Source of the DNA: Octopus vulgaris
Lineage: Eukaryota
Direction of reading: 5' to 3'
NCBI GenBank assembly: GCA_951406725.2
Contig: OX597814.1
Location: forward strand, 184,264,001-184,328,000
DNA: 64,000 nucleotides
Shown: positions 1 through 12,228 of the stretch, one piece after another
Layout: each line of letters starts with the position of its first letter
How positions within the stretch are numbered: position 1 is the first letter of the stretch
The notes under the pieces: model-generated
The model's input: the letters and a program-made list of their open reading frames with translations, nothing else
Told to the model about the DNA's origin: nothing
The model's database searches: none
Made by a program: the position numbers and the translations under genes

Positions 1-131
1 AGGAGTGACAGATGAAAAATTAACGCAAGTAAGAGAGGAAAGTGAGGCAGGAAAAAACTCTGAGCTCTTTCAAGAACAGAGAGGTAATGTGATAAAATAA
101 CATAAGTATAGTGATAACATGATTACAAACG

Positions 132-135
<4 letters not shown>

Positions 136-184
<49 letters not shown>

Positions 185-243
185 CGAGTCACATATGTAC
201 AATAGCAAGACGATACATATAGTTGGAGCTAATATATATATAT

Positions 244-300
<57 letters not shown>
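136..300. repeat. (AC)n followed by (TA)n microsatellites
   Basis: Dinucleotide runs at about 136-182 and 232-300, read directly. Confidence 0.95.
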
Positions 301-306
<6 letters not shown>

Positions 307-1514
307 ATGTTCGCATGTAGTCTTATGAAAGAAATCTTATTTAAATAAGGCAAATATTTATTTCATTATTTTAACTATAAAGATTATGTTTAAAAAAAAA
401 AATTTCCCCCATATATTTTCTTTTTTTGGTCTTGGTAATGTGATTAGCAAAATGCCTTCCAAGTTTGTGTTGCTGATAATGTACTGGGTTTCTTTCATTA
501 AAACTTACTTTAAACAAGATATTCGTGAGAAGTACAGCTAAAATATCGTAATGCGTAATCTATGAATACATCACATGTTGTAACAAATTGTTATCGGTAA
601 TGTGTGTAATTCAATTACGTTCTTACGATTTCCATGTTGTTATCGTATACATGAAATTGACATGTATTGCGCTCGAAAGTTTTTCAGTTAGGGAAGAAAA
701 ATTTATTTTATTTATTAATGTTTTATTTGCATATGAATGCATATAAGGCTTAGAAGAAGAGTCGATTGAATCTATCCTTGCATTTACATGGTACAGATTT
801 TATCAAGCGCATTGGATAAAATCGTCCCACAGTAAAATTTAAGCTCACAAAATAGCATTACAATATTACATATCTAATCAAGCTTATTTATAGTTTTTCT
901 GTTCTGTCGCTCAGGCAATATTTTTGCTGTTCTTGTTTCATTTATTACATAATTATAATTATGCTATACGTCCTACGTATATCTTAAATATTTTGTAGGC
1001 TTAAACGCTCATAAAATGATAATGCAATGGTATTCCATTTCATGCCTATAAGAAATGTAGTGTGTGTGTTATGTAAGAATGTAAGTACACTAAAGAAAGA
1101 AAAACTGATTTCGAATATTGACGTACGTCGAGTACTTAATGGTCATCAAATTAATCCCAGTTGGAATTGAATTCAAAAGGCTAATGCGGTTTATCTATAA
1201 ACTTATACACAGTAGGCCTGGGCATTTTTTTTTTTGTTTTTGAGAAAGACAGACACTTACCCATTCTTACAAAACTAACACTGCTGTCCCCGTTACTGAA
1301 GTTTATCTAAGGGAATATCCACCGATTTGGCATCAGTGTCCTAGCAAGTGATGCTTTCAAAGCGCGTTGTGTTTGAACAGATACTATGGCGCTACTTTCG
1401 CAATTCTCTAACAGTTCTGTTAACTCACTGCCGTGGATTTGTAGTATTTCTTGATTCCAAAAGTATGAAAGGCAATGAGGGCCTTGAGTGGACTTGAACT
1501 TAGGGACAAGAGAG

Positions 1515-1887
1515 ACTCTTTACTCTTTTACTTGTTTCAATGATTTGACTGCAGCCATGCTGGAGCACCGCCTTTAGTCGAACAAATCAACCCCAGGACT
1601 TGTTCTTTTAAGTCTAGTACTTATTTTATCGGTCTCTATTGCCGAGCCGCTAAGTTACGGGGACGTAAACACACTAGCATCGGTTGGAGTACCAAACATA
1701 CACACGCATATATATATACATACATATATACGACGGGTTTCTTTCAGTTTCCCTCTACCAAATCCACTCACAAGGCTTTGGTCTGCCCGAGACTATAGTA
1801 GAAGACACTTGCCCAAAGTGCCACGCAGTGGGACTGAACACGGAATCATGTGGTTCGTAAGCAAGCTACTTACCACACAGCCACTCC
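1515..1887 (-). mobile_element. tRNA-derived SINE, family A (CORE-like), near full length
   Basis: Matches copies at 33446, 37483 and 40208. Sense strand has head GGAGTGGCTGTGTGGTAAG, CORE-like TTGGGCAAGTGTC and tail GAAACAAGTAAAAGAGTA. Confidence 0.9.
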
Positions 1888-2124
1888 GGAACAAATATTG
1901 TGAAACCTTCTATTCAACACGCTAACATCAATGCTAATTAGCTGATGTCAAAACACTAACGGATATAATTAACTACCACATGGTATTTAGTTCGGTGCTC
2001 CACCGATTCTGCTACGACCAGCCTCTAAAAGAACAGGTTTTAAAAGCTGTGTATTTCTATGGATCAGCCCCTTTGCGACCATATATTCATAAGTGTGCAT
2101 GCGTGTTTGAGTGTGTGGGCGTAC

Positions 2125-2159
<35 letters not shown>

Positions 2160-2419
2160 ACGTGCACAATTTCTTGCATACTAGAACTGATATTACAAGA
2201 AGGTTGCGGAAAGGCTGTAATACTATGGAAGTCACTTGGTCATAGTATTATATATTCATGCGGGCGCGCGTGTGTCTATATATGTATATATTATCAAAAA
2301 AAGGGCACCGTGAAACACAACATGTGGCGAAATACCGGGGTCGTTTGTGGATTTCGCATTCTACTCTAGTAACCAGTATTGTACGACGTGCTGTATCAAC
2401 CTCAGGATAGACTAGTATG

Positions 2420-2900
2420 TGAAATTGGAGCCAATTAATAGAAGAGAAAACGAAAAAAAAGGTAAATAAACGAACGTGTCGACATAGCACAAGCAATGTA
2501 TTGATAAGACGTTCAGGGAAAGAAAGGGGTACTAGTTTTACGTTTCGAGCATAGCTCTTCTTCAAGAAACAGGAAAAACAAGAAAGTCAAAGCGAAGGAC
2601 AAAAACAATCGCCAACAATCACTTGCGGTTACATTTTTGACGATTTTTTTTAAACAGTGAGTTAGAGAATTGAATAGAGGGTTGCCTGCATTGAGGAGGT
2701 AAGTTGGAAAGAAAATGTGAGAGAATGTGAAGATACTGGAGAAAGTGTGAGTGTAGGTGTGGGTGATGGCAAAGAGGAGGAAAAAGGAAGGAGAGTGGAA
2801 GGTGAACTGAAGTAAAGAGAAGGGAAGAGGAAGATTCACGGACAAATTATAATGATTCACAATCAAAGGTACTAGCGTACTACGAATGAATAAGATGACG
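2420..2900 (-). mobile_element. Penelope-like 3' remnant with hammerhead-like motif (2535-2570)
   Basis: Minus strand reads GTTT-CTTGAAGA-AGAGC tat GCTC-GAAAC-GTA-AAAC. Flanks are similar to 43446-43650 and 49047-49245, and the upstream segment is CT-rich. Confidence 0.55.
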
Positions 2901-3687
2901 TAATCCAATGGCAGAGAGAGATATATGAATATGCAAACATACTAACACCTACACACAAAAAAGGTGTGTGACAGACATGGAAAAAATACAAGAAACCAAG
3001 AGAGAATGTGTTCGTATGTGTGTGTGTGTGTGCAAGTGAGTATGTGTATGAAGCTTCATTTTATTTATACAGATATATAGATAAAGCGTTTTTTACATCA
3101 TGAGAAAAAGGAAATATATGTATATTCGTTATTTTCTTCTGTTTATAAGTAGGGAATGTTCTGTAGGTGTGTATATAAACACATGTGTATTTGTGATTAG
3201 GTGTATATCACTTAGACTGTTTTATTTTTTGTGCATGCCTATGTACTCTCTTGCATTTTTATTCAGTAAAATTAAGTAAACAAACAGATGTTTGGACACC
3301 TGTAACTTTGAAAAGTTATCACCTTTCCAAAAACAATATTTGTGTATACATAAACCATATTGCTTAATATTCCTAACATACAGGCACAATCACACACCTC
3401 CATTCACACGCATTCAAATATACAAACACTCATACAAACGTACCAAATCTATACATTTGCATGTTTAAGATAGTTTAAATATAATAGATCGCTATGAAAA
3501 CACTTGTTGAAGCTGATGTTCAATTTGTCTATCTATCTCTCTGCACACACACACACACACATACACACACATACACATACACATACACAAACAGATATAT
3601 ATATATATAAAGTAAACAAGTAGAGTTTGTGTTGCGCTAATGGCTATATCAAGGGTTAAACAGAAAGACCACACTAAAGAGAAAAGA

Positions 3688-4018
3688 AGAGAAAAATTAG
3701 ACGAAAGCGGAGCAACGGAAAACTATACGAAAACTTAGCAGACAGAAAATTGGCGAAAACACGATATACGGAACATTCGCAGCTGTTTCCCTCGTTAGTT
3801 AATGAGCCAAGATATCATTGTAGCTTCGCGCCTTTTCACATTGAGACCGCTCAATCTTTGCAGCGTCAGGAGGCACGAAAGTACTATAATGTCTTCAGTC
3901 ATTGACTGACGAAGAAATCAGCTGCGAATGCTCCGTGTTTCGTGTCTTTGTCTAATTTTCCCTCTGCTAATTTTTCTTCTAGTTTTCCGTTTACTCTGCT
4001 TCCGTCTAATTTTTCTCT
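3688..4018. repeat. Long imperfect inverted repeat (~155-bp arms, short loop), foldback/MITE-like
   Basis: 3688-3845 aligns by eye to the reverse complement of 3862-4018, e.g. AGAGAAAAATTAGACG / CGTCTAATTTTTCTCT and CATTCGCAGCTG / CAGCTGCGAATG. Confidence 0.85.
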
Positions 4019-4428
4019 ATATTATGTATTTGGTTAATGACAAACGGAAAATGCAAATTACGAGAAATTTTATTAATCGCTATAATTGTTTCGACCCGTC
4101 TAGCATCGGTCTCTCACCTAAAAGTGACCTAAAGTGACCTACTTTTAGGTCACTTTAAATAAAACCGTCGTTTCAGTAATACTGTGTACAAACTCTATTC
4201 TTGGAATGAATAATTTTAAATACTAATGGAATTTACAATGACCAATATTAAATACTACTGGAATTTACTCGTAAGGTATTGTAATCTTATATATATACAA
4301 TTCTGTCTAAATAATGGATCTACAGATGCAATATCCCTGCATATCTAACATCTATTTTCATTCCTTCACTTCAGTCTTTATCTCGTATCTTATCTAAATT
4401 AACTACTGCTTAAACATTTTCTCACACC

Positions 4429-4476
4429 GTCTCCGATGAAGGGATATAATAAATATCCTAGAAACAGCTGTAAGAC
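4429..4476 (+). ncRNA. Minimal type-I hammerhead ribozyme-like motif (Penelope type)
   Basis: GTCT-CCGATGA-AGGGATAT aataa ATATCCTA-GAAAC-AGCT-GTA-AGAC. Stem I is GTCT/AGAC, stem II is present, stem III has a palindromic AGCT loop and the cleavage triplet is GUA. The core carries U4C. Confidence 0.6.
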
Positions 4477-4749
4477 TTTCTATTTATAAATGTTCTAAAA
4501 TCTTCACTGCCCTGAAAAAAAGTTGAGATGCAATATTGTCCTCTATAGCACCGCCACATTTAGTTGACAAATATATTTTACAATACATATATATATATAT
4601 TCCTCCTCCATATTTTTAAGAGATCTTGGGCCAACTGGTTTTGCTAACGGCACGCCATAAGCCATAAAGCTAAACTCTTTATGGATAGGAAACCTAAGGT
4701 AATCCCATAAACTGGCCCTCCCCATTTTTAATATGTATTTATTTATTTT

Positions 4750-5086
4750 TGTGTGTGTGAGTCTTTGTGTTTGCACCACCACCACCGCTTGACAACCGAT
4801 GCTGGTGTGTTGAAGTCCCTGTAATTTGTTTGTTAATATGTAAATATAGCTATGAGCTTATAAATACGAGATGCTTCAGGATACATTTAGATTTTGCATA
4901 TATATATATATATATATATATTCCTTTATTCTTTTACTTGATTCAGTCGGCATTTCGGCAAAAAGACTGATAGAATATTACTAGGTTTACAAAGAATAAA
5001 TACTGCGGTTGATTTCTTTTACTGAAAATCTTTAAGGCAGTGTTCCAGCATGGGCGCAGTCAAATGACTAAAACAAGTAAAAGCAT

Positions 5087-5090
<4 letters not shown>
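4750..5090 (+). mobile_element. SINE family A, 3' half, interrupted by an inverted local duplication (4824-4948)
   Basis: CGCTTGACAACCGATGCTGGTGTG...CCAGCATGGGCGCAGTCAAATGACTAAAACAAGTAAAAG matches the family A tail. Confidence 0.8.
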
Positions 5091-5141
<51 letters not shown>

Positions 5142-6745
5142 AAATCTCGGTATATTCAGAAGCATCTCGTATGTATAAGCACATACCTATCTTTATATAC
5201 TGACAAATAAATTAACCTTTAAATGGAGTATAAATAATGGATGCATTCTCTGCTTAGTTTTCGTCTATCCTAACATGATACTGATTATATCCAATCAATT
5301 GGAATGACACCCCAAATCTTCCAGCCGTCAAATTTAAGCTCACAAAATGAACCACGAAACAAAACACAGACGATGTTTTCATTCACAATGCTATCATATC
5401 GCACGCCACCCCTCCCTCCTACTCTCACGAGTTCTCCATTCTCCACCCTCTCTCCACCTTCTGTTTATTATCACTTCTTGCTCTTCCTCTACATCTCCAC
5501 TCTCCCTCCCTGGTTCAGTTGCATCCTACCTCTCCCTGCCTTTTACTCCTGTTTTCCTCCTCACCCATTGAACATTTAAATCTCTCGTACCTGGATGTGA
5601 ACTGCAATCTTCCAGTTTTTCATCCTGGAGGAAGGAAGCCGGTATTACAGTAACGTCTTCACCTACTAGTCGCATATTGATGTCTTTTTGCAACATTGTA
5701 ATTCCGAATTGCGAACATTACAACTGTTACGTAAATATGAGATCACAGAAGCAACTGTCGTGTGAAAAAAATTATAATTTCTCTTAGTTTTCCGTATTTT
5801 TTGTATGTATGTATGCATATATTGCATATGTGTGTGTATGTACTTCTTAAACTGATATGTTTAGATAACAACTGAGTAGTTTTAGTAAGCTGGAATTGCT
5901 GATGTGATAGGAGGATTAATTCAGTATTTCAAAGCCAGTGGTTTGAGCATATTTTATCTGTATTAAAAAGCAATAGAGGACACACATACACATACGCCTT
6001 CACTCATAATCCCATTACTAATGTAAATATGTGTGTATGTATGTATGTATGTATGTATGTATGCATTTATACACCTATGTTTGTGTTTTTGCAGGTTTGT
6101 GTTCGTATCCCTTAATAATATCAGTCGTTTCAATGTAAACTCTGTTTCAATTCTATTTTTTCTTAAAGAACACATGATATCGATTAATGTGTCAGCGTAA
6201 GCACGCTTGCGCGAAGACACACATGCACGTTCATATATCTGTATGTGTGAGTATGTGTATGTGTGTGTGTGCATAATACGTTATGATATGATACATGATA
6301 TACTAGAATTTGTACATGCAGGTGTGTCAATAGCCACTGACAGAGAGAAAAGCAAGAACGAAAAGGGAATAGAGTGGGAGTGGGAAACAAATATTCTTTC
6401 CACAAGAGCGACTAAATATAGGATGACATTCAATCTTACTTTATTATATGTTATTACCTAAATGCACTCACATACACACACCCGTACATGCATACCCATT
6501 TCCTCACTCACAACAAAAATAAAAGCAATTCTTGAACCATAAAACTTTGATAAAATGCCCATTTATAGACCAGGGACTTAAAAACTTATTCGTTTTTGCT
6601 AATATTAATAAACATTTTATTATTTCAAATCTGTCCTCCTTGTTTTGCAGATACGTTTGACGTCATTTGACGCAGTTTATGTAGAAACGATGGCAATATG
6701 ATTTTGACATTGAAGTTTTTTTTCACTAAATCGTATTATAGAATG

Positions 6746-6980
6746 AGGCAGCGAGCTGGCAGAAACGTTAGCATGCCGGGCGAAATGTGTAGTCGTATTT
6801 CGTCTGCCGTTACGTTCTGAGTTCAAATTCCGCCGAGGTCGACTTTGCCTTTCATCTTTTCGGGGTCGATAAACTAAGTACCAGTTACGCACTGAGGTCG
6901 ATATAATCGACTTAATCAGTTTGTCTGTCCTTGTTTGTCCCCTCTATGTTTAGCCCTTTGTGGGCAATAAAGAAATAAGA
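6746..6980 (+). mobile_element. SINE family B (Meta-domain-like core), monomer
   Basis: AGGCAGCGAGCTGGCAGAAACGTTAGC...GAGTTCAAATTCC (B-box-like)...GGTCGACTTTGCCTTTCATC...GGGGTCGATAAA.TAAGTACCAG...AAAGAAATA. Many copies in the window. Confidence 0.9.
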
Positions 6981-8049
6981 ATAAGAGGAACGCGCGCGAA
7001 CTCACACATATATATGCAGTCATTCATGTTTCTATCTGAATTAGAAATTCATTTCCCTTTAGAGACTGAGTTAACCAGAACTGAACGGTAAATATATGCT
7101 GATGCATATCTTTTCTTCAACAGCTTTTTAGACGATATATCTGATATGAACGTCAGCTGAAACCGAGAGCCTATTAGAACTGGAACCCACATCTCCATGT
7201 TGACACCTAGTCGAAATTATCAATATATCATAAAACATCTGATAAACGACAGATTTTGTTCCTGATATATATTTATGCCTCTCTAGAGTAAGTCTGCAAT
7301 CGGTTCGGGCCTTTGGTATGTGTATTTACAACTGAATTCGATTTCTCCTTTAAGTTCAATGCCGGTGTGAATGTGCAGTTTATAAACTATCAGATTTGGC
7401 TGTGTTCCTATGAGAACATACCTCTTTCCATCCACGCCAATCCAGCCCCTCCGTCGACCTAGATATGTAGAGTCAAAATGAGATTTCTTCAGTCTTTGAG
7501 AAAGAGAAGGTTCAAGCTACTGCTTTATCTAATTTATTTGTTGCAACAGCAGAGCATGATTGTTAATAGTAGAATTGGTAGAACTCTATAAAGATACATT
7601 GCAGCATTAAATTCGTCTTTTTACATTCTAAGTTTAATTTACCTCTCGTCCTTGAGGAATCATTAAAATCAATACTAATTTTGTCATTGATCCAAATATG
7701 TGGGCTTCAACTTAAGCGTATGTTAGAACATAAACAATCAACACTAATAAAGGCTTCTCGCATCGAGAGAAGGTTACAGGTTTGTACAAGAGGCATGGGG
7801 TTGTCGAATATATCGATGCTAAGTACATGAATGATTCCCTATCTTATTCCTTATAGAAGAATGAAAGGCAGGTTTGAGTTGGTTTGATTCGAATTCATAA
7901 CGTTAAAATCATAATTCAAAATTGCACTGTCAGATAAATTTGGTCGTATGTTTTACTTATTTTACATATCGTCATACGCCTGAAAAGAGATAATAATTAT
8001 TCAAATTTCAAAAACACTAAACAATAATTGTAGAAGAACATTAGAGCTA

Positions 8050-8628
8050 CAGTCATCGCCAAAAGTGTGGAGCAAAGGTCTGAAAACTAGAATGGCTTAT
8101 TTCTTTACTGCCCACAATCGACCACGAAAGGATAAAAGGCAAAGTTGACCTCGGCGGAATTTGAACTCAGAACGTAGCGGCAGATGAAATACCTATTTCT
8201 TTACTGCCCACAAGGGGCTAAACATAGAGAGGACAAACAAGGACAGACAAAGGGATTAAGTCAATTATATCGACCCCAGTGCGTAACTGGTACTTATTTA
8301 ATCGACCCCGAAAGGATGAAAGGCAAAGTCGACCTCGGCAGAATTTGAACTCAGAACGTAGCGGCAGACGAAATACCGCTAAGCATTTCGCCCGGCTTGC
8401 TAACGTTTCTGCCAGCTCGCCGCCTTAAACTAGACTGGCTTCTATTTATTTCAAGTAAGCAGTTAGGTCTAGAATTATATTTTTGATTTTACCTAGTTTT
8501 TCTTCTTAATATCGAACCATTGTATCAGATATTAGTTAAGTATATCTCTATGTTGTATATATTTGAATTGAATTCTACGTAGCTATAACAATTTGTTTTT
8601 AAATGTTCAAAACTTTTGACCACGACTG
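8050..8628. mobile_element. Tc1-type MITE with nested SINE
   Basis: TA|CAGTCATCGCCAAAAGTGTGGAGCA ... TGTTCAAAACTTTTGACCACGACTG|TA gives imperfect ~25-bp TIRs with a TA target duplication. Confidence 0.75.
8099..8426 (-). mobile_element. SINE family B dimer (one unit internally deleted)
   Basis: Two head-to-tail units with the junction at 8192/8193. TSD is AAACTAGA(A/C)TGGCTT at 8084-8098 and 8427-8441. Confidence 0.9.
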
Positions 8629-10656
8629 TACTAAAAAAAAACCCACAAAAGAACGATAAATCTACTTTTCGTGTTAATTCAAATATCGTTGGAAAGGATT
8701 AAAGTAAATGTCGGGAAAAAAAATGAACGATTTTTTTTATGACAACCCAATATTACAAAGTATTTTTAACTGACGAGATTTGAACTTAAGTAAAAAAAAA
8801 AAAAAAGAAAAATTCTGTGGAAGTGAACTTCATGAAATAAATTAGTTCATATATTATATGTAAGTCAAAGAAAACGAATTTCTATTTGAATAAGAATGAG
8901 CGATGAAATATTTTGGACTGGAAAATTCTATTTACATTAGTGGAATAGCAGAGTAAAGAAATATCGAAAAGCACTCAGCTTTGTCCAAAGTAATAGTTGC
9001 ATAAATCTTGATTTATTTTTTCAAAGAAATCGATCACATATTAAAAATCTATTAATGAAATCAAGTGTTTTAAATAGGATGTATTTTTTCAATTAACAAT
9101 ATTTTAATCTTTAACAATGTTGATAGCATTTTAGAAATAATAAATTTACCTCATTAAATCTCCTAATGAAATTTATAATTTCACTGTCTTTATTTTCTTT
9201 TTTTTTTATATGACAAATTAGATAAATGTTGTTGCTAATATTATATATTTTATATTTTAGATGTAAAAAGTATAAAGATTTAAGCTTTAAAAATAATTGG
9301 GTACTTCATATAAAATTGTATATTTTATCCAGTATTACATTCTATATTACAATATTTATGTCCATTTACGAAATACACGAATTTATTTATTTATTTTTTT
9401 AGGTTAGGTGTACGCTCAATTTAATGAATTCTAGTATATTACCGATACGCATTTTTTGGTTCTCGGAGGAATAAAATGCATGATCAAAATTCAGGGCGAT
9501 TTGATATTGTAATGTTTTAAGCATATCACCCCATTCATTTGATAATATTTTTGCATTTTTTCAGTCCAATACATACATTGAGAAGTGTCTAAAATAGCAG
9601 CCTCATCTTCCTTAAATCACGGTCCAACACGTTACGTAAAGAGAAGTACACTGGATAATGGATTCCTGATATAAAAGTATGAGATGGTCACGGCTGGAGT
9701 GTCTGGTAAGTTCTACTCATTTATGAATTCACCTTTATCTTTCCAGTCCCAAGTTTTATAAACTGATATTAACCGTATAATAACGTCACATGATCTAAAA
9801 AAAAGTATGCACATATATATATGCTTTTGTATCGAAATAAAATTTGTGAGTGAGATAACATGCTTTACTTCGAGATCTTGTATCATGATTTCAATTTTCC
9901 TGCAACCGTTGTATAGTGTTTCTGTACCGCACACTGCATCGTACTTATAATTAAACTAGGTTACTGGAACAGATTCTAAATTGTCAAACAACATATGTGA
10001 ACATCATAACTACTTACAGTTGGACAATGCATCATCCTATAGTGTATTCGTTATTAAATAAAAAAAACAAAAAACAAAACAAGAAACTATGCAGAAACAT
10101 CACGCGAATCACCACGTGATATCTTCCCATCAAATTTTTATTTTTTCCCTTCTGTGTAAACTATGTATTTCTATATTATTTACTCTTTGCATTTTATTTC
10201 TTCAAGTAAGTTAATCAGAGCAAATTTATTGAATTTTTTTTCTCCCTTTACCATTTCTGGAAAACAATACAATACCGTATTTAATATCCTTTGGGAATTT
10301 TTGTCATAATATCTCTGTTACTATATCTGTTTCCCTTTTGCAGCATTATTTAGGTTAAACATACTTCTTTAAAATCGACTCCATTTCTTCTCATTCCTTC
10401 AGTTCAATCCGCAGCCATCCTCGGAAGATGGCCATCACTAGTTGACCCAAATATTTTCAATGTTTATTCAGTATCAGTCAAAATGTTCCGACGCTATTGT
10501 ATTTGTGCAGACGTGAACAGACAGCTGTAGCTTTATTTCTAGATATCTAGAAATGTATATACATGTCAGTTGAATTCTTCAAATATCTCAAAGTGATAGC
10601 TTTATATCGGTTCAAATATTTACATTGAAAATGTTTGATAACAATTGTAAACAATA

Positions 10657-10825
10657 TGCGCAGGTCTGGCTATGAATGTGTGGTAAGAAGTTTCTTCCCA
10701 ACCACATCAAAGTGGGTTCAGTCCCTCAATGTGGAACCTTGGGCAAGTGACTTTTACTATAGCCTCAGGCCGACCAGAATCATGTGAGTGGATTTAGAAA
10801 ACAAAAACTGAAAAAAGACCATAGT
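10657..10825 (+). mobile_element. SINE family A, diverged 5' half
   Basis: GTGTGGTAAGAAG...GGGTTCAGTCCC...CCTTGGGCAAGTG...GTGAGTGGATTT. Confidence 0.8.
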
Positions 10826-10847
10826 ATGTGCGTGTGTGTGCTTGTGT

Positions 10848-10895
10848 TTATATATATACGTATATACATATACATCCATATCTCTCTCTTTCTCT

Positions 10896-10926
<31 letters not shown>

Positions 10927-11021
10927 CGTATATACATATACATCCATATCTCCCTTTTTCTCTCCCTATATATATATATATATATATATACGTATAGATC
11001 CATATCTCTCTCTTTCTCTCC

Positions 11022-11052
<31 letters not shown>
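10848..11052. repeat. Three-unit minisatellite built on (TA)n
   Basis: Unit TATACGTATATACATATACATCCATATCTC..TTTCTCTCCC(TA)n occurs three times. Confidence 0.85.
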
Positions 11053-11055
<3 letters not shown>

Positions 11056-11555
11056 TCTACTGAGAGAAAGAAGTAAAAGATAAAAGGTATTTTATACAAA
11101 GTCCTATCTTTTCTGCATATTCCGGTAAATTCTTTCTATAGGATTCTTGTTTTTAATGCAAAGTATTAACATGTCCCTGGTGGTTAGACAAGAATACATA
11201 GCAAGAAGGAAAAGGATTTAATGTATGTTTTATTCTAAGATGATGATATGCCAGTATGCATGAAATGTTCACCAAACAAATCTCTAGACATGCCATGATT
11301 TAAGTTGATCTAGTTCATAATAACAGCCTCTCTCAGATGCTACATACTTACATGGAAGCCGAAATGTATGTTGACCGGTCGTACGTAAAAATTGTGCATG
11401 ACTGTATGAAGGTGGGTTTAAAATCCCACTGTATAAGAAAAAAAGCATTATGCTCGGCAGTATGATGTACATAAGAACATGCATGTTGTAGAAGAATCAT
11501 TATACTGTGCTTGACTCAGCAGTACCTAATTACGAAGTTTAGTTTTTATTTTGTA

Positions 11556-11949
11556 CAAGCAGTATCGCCCGTCGTTGCTCGGGTTTGTTCCGACCCTTTA
11601 GAATTGGAATTTTTGAAAAGTAAAAATTGTGCATTATGTAGCTTGTTATTCTCTTTAAGTGAACATTTTTCTGGTTGAAATACACCGAAAAATGGCCACA
11701 CAGCAATCAAAAAATCGTAAAATATAGGGATTTTCATAGAAAAGAAAGCTCCTTTTTGATGTAAATAATTTTTGGTGTTAACATGGTTCGATTTGAATTT
11801 TTTCTTCTACGGAATGAAGAGCAAGCCTTCTTCTATCATACTATCAATTTTTGGTCAACTTGCCCCGCAGGGTCTTGGAGGAGATAGTGTTAGTTGAAGG
11901 CTACCAAACCTGCAACACACAGACAACTTCAGCTTTATATATATAGAGA
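11556..11949 (-). mobile_element. Non-autonomous Helitron
   Basis: Minus strand has 5' A|TC, subterminal hairpin CCCGAGCAACGACGGG and 3' CTTG|T (decayed CTAG). Near-identical to 35188-35582. Confidence 0.8.
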
Positions 11950-12044
11950 TTGTCACATGACGAAAAGTTCAACTACCTATGTAGATTACTATATAACTAA
12001 AGAACCGTAGCCTGTACATAGTTTTAGTTCATACACATTTATAA

Positions 12045-12228
12045 AGGGTAAAGACCCCCTTCGGTCATGATTGTCCATGGGATTGCTTCTCAGAAAGTTA
12101 CCCTCTGCGGTATAAGATTCGGTAAGGTTCTTTATGGAAGACCAGTAGTCACCCATGCATACCAGCCTCCCCTCTCCATGCCACTTATGTTATCCAAGGG
12201 TAAAGCAAACGGCAATACAGCTTAGCCC
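12045..12228 (-). mobile_element. SINE family E, 3' part
   Basis: Reverse complement matches 48845-49020 (CCCTTGGATAACAT...GGAGGCTGGTATGCATGGG...CCCATGG...CATGA). Confidence 0.75.

Noticed and set aside
6635-6720. Isolated strong splice acceptors (6650; also 6093, 18840, 19269)
   Set aside because: No convincing matching donor with an open frame; such sites are common in AT-rich DNA.
8720-8752. GACAACCCAATA, like the mariner TIR end at 60480-60490
   Set aside because: No partner TIR or internal homology was found nearby, so it is at most a solo fragment.
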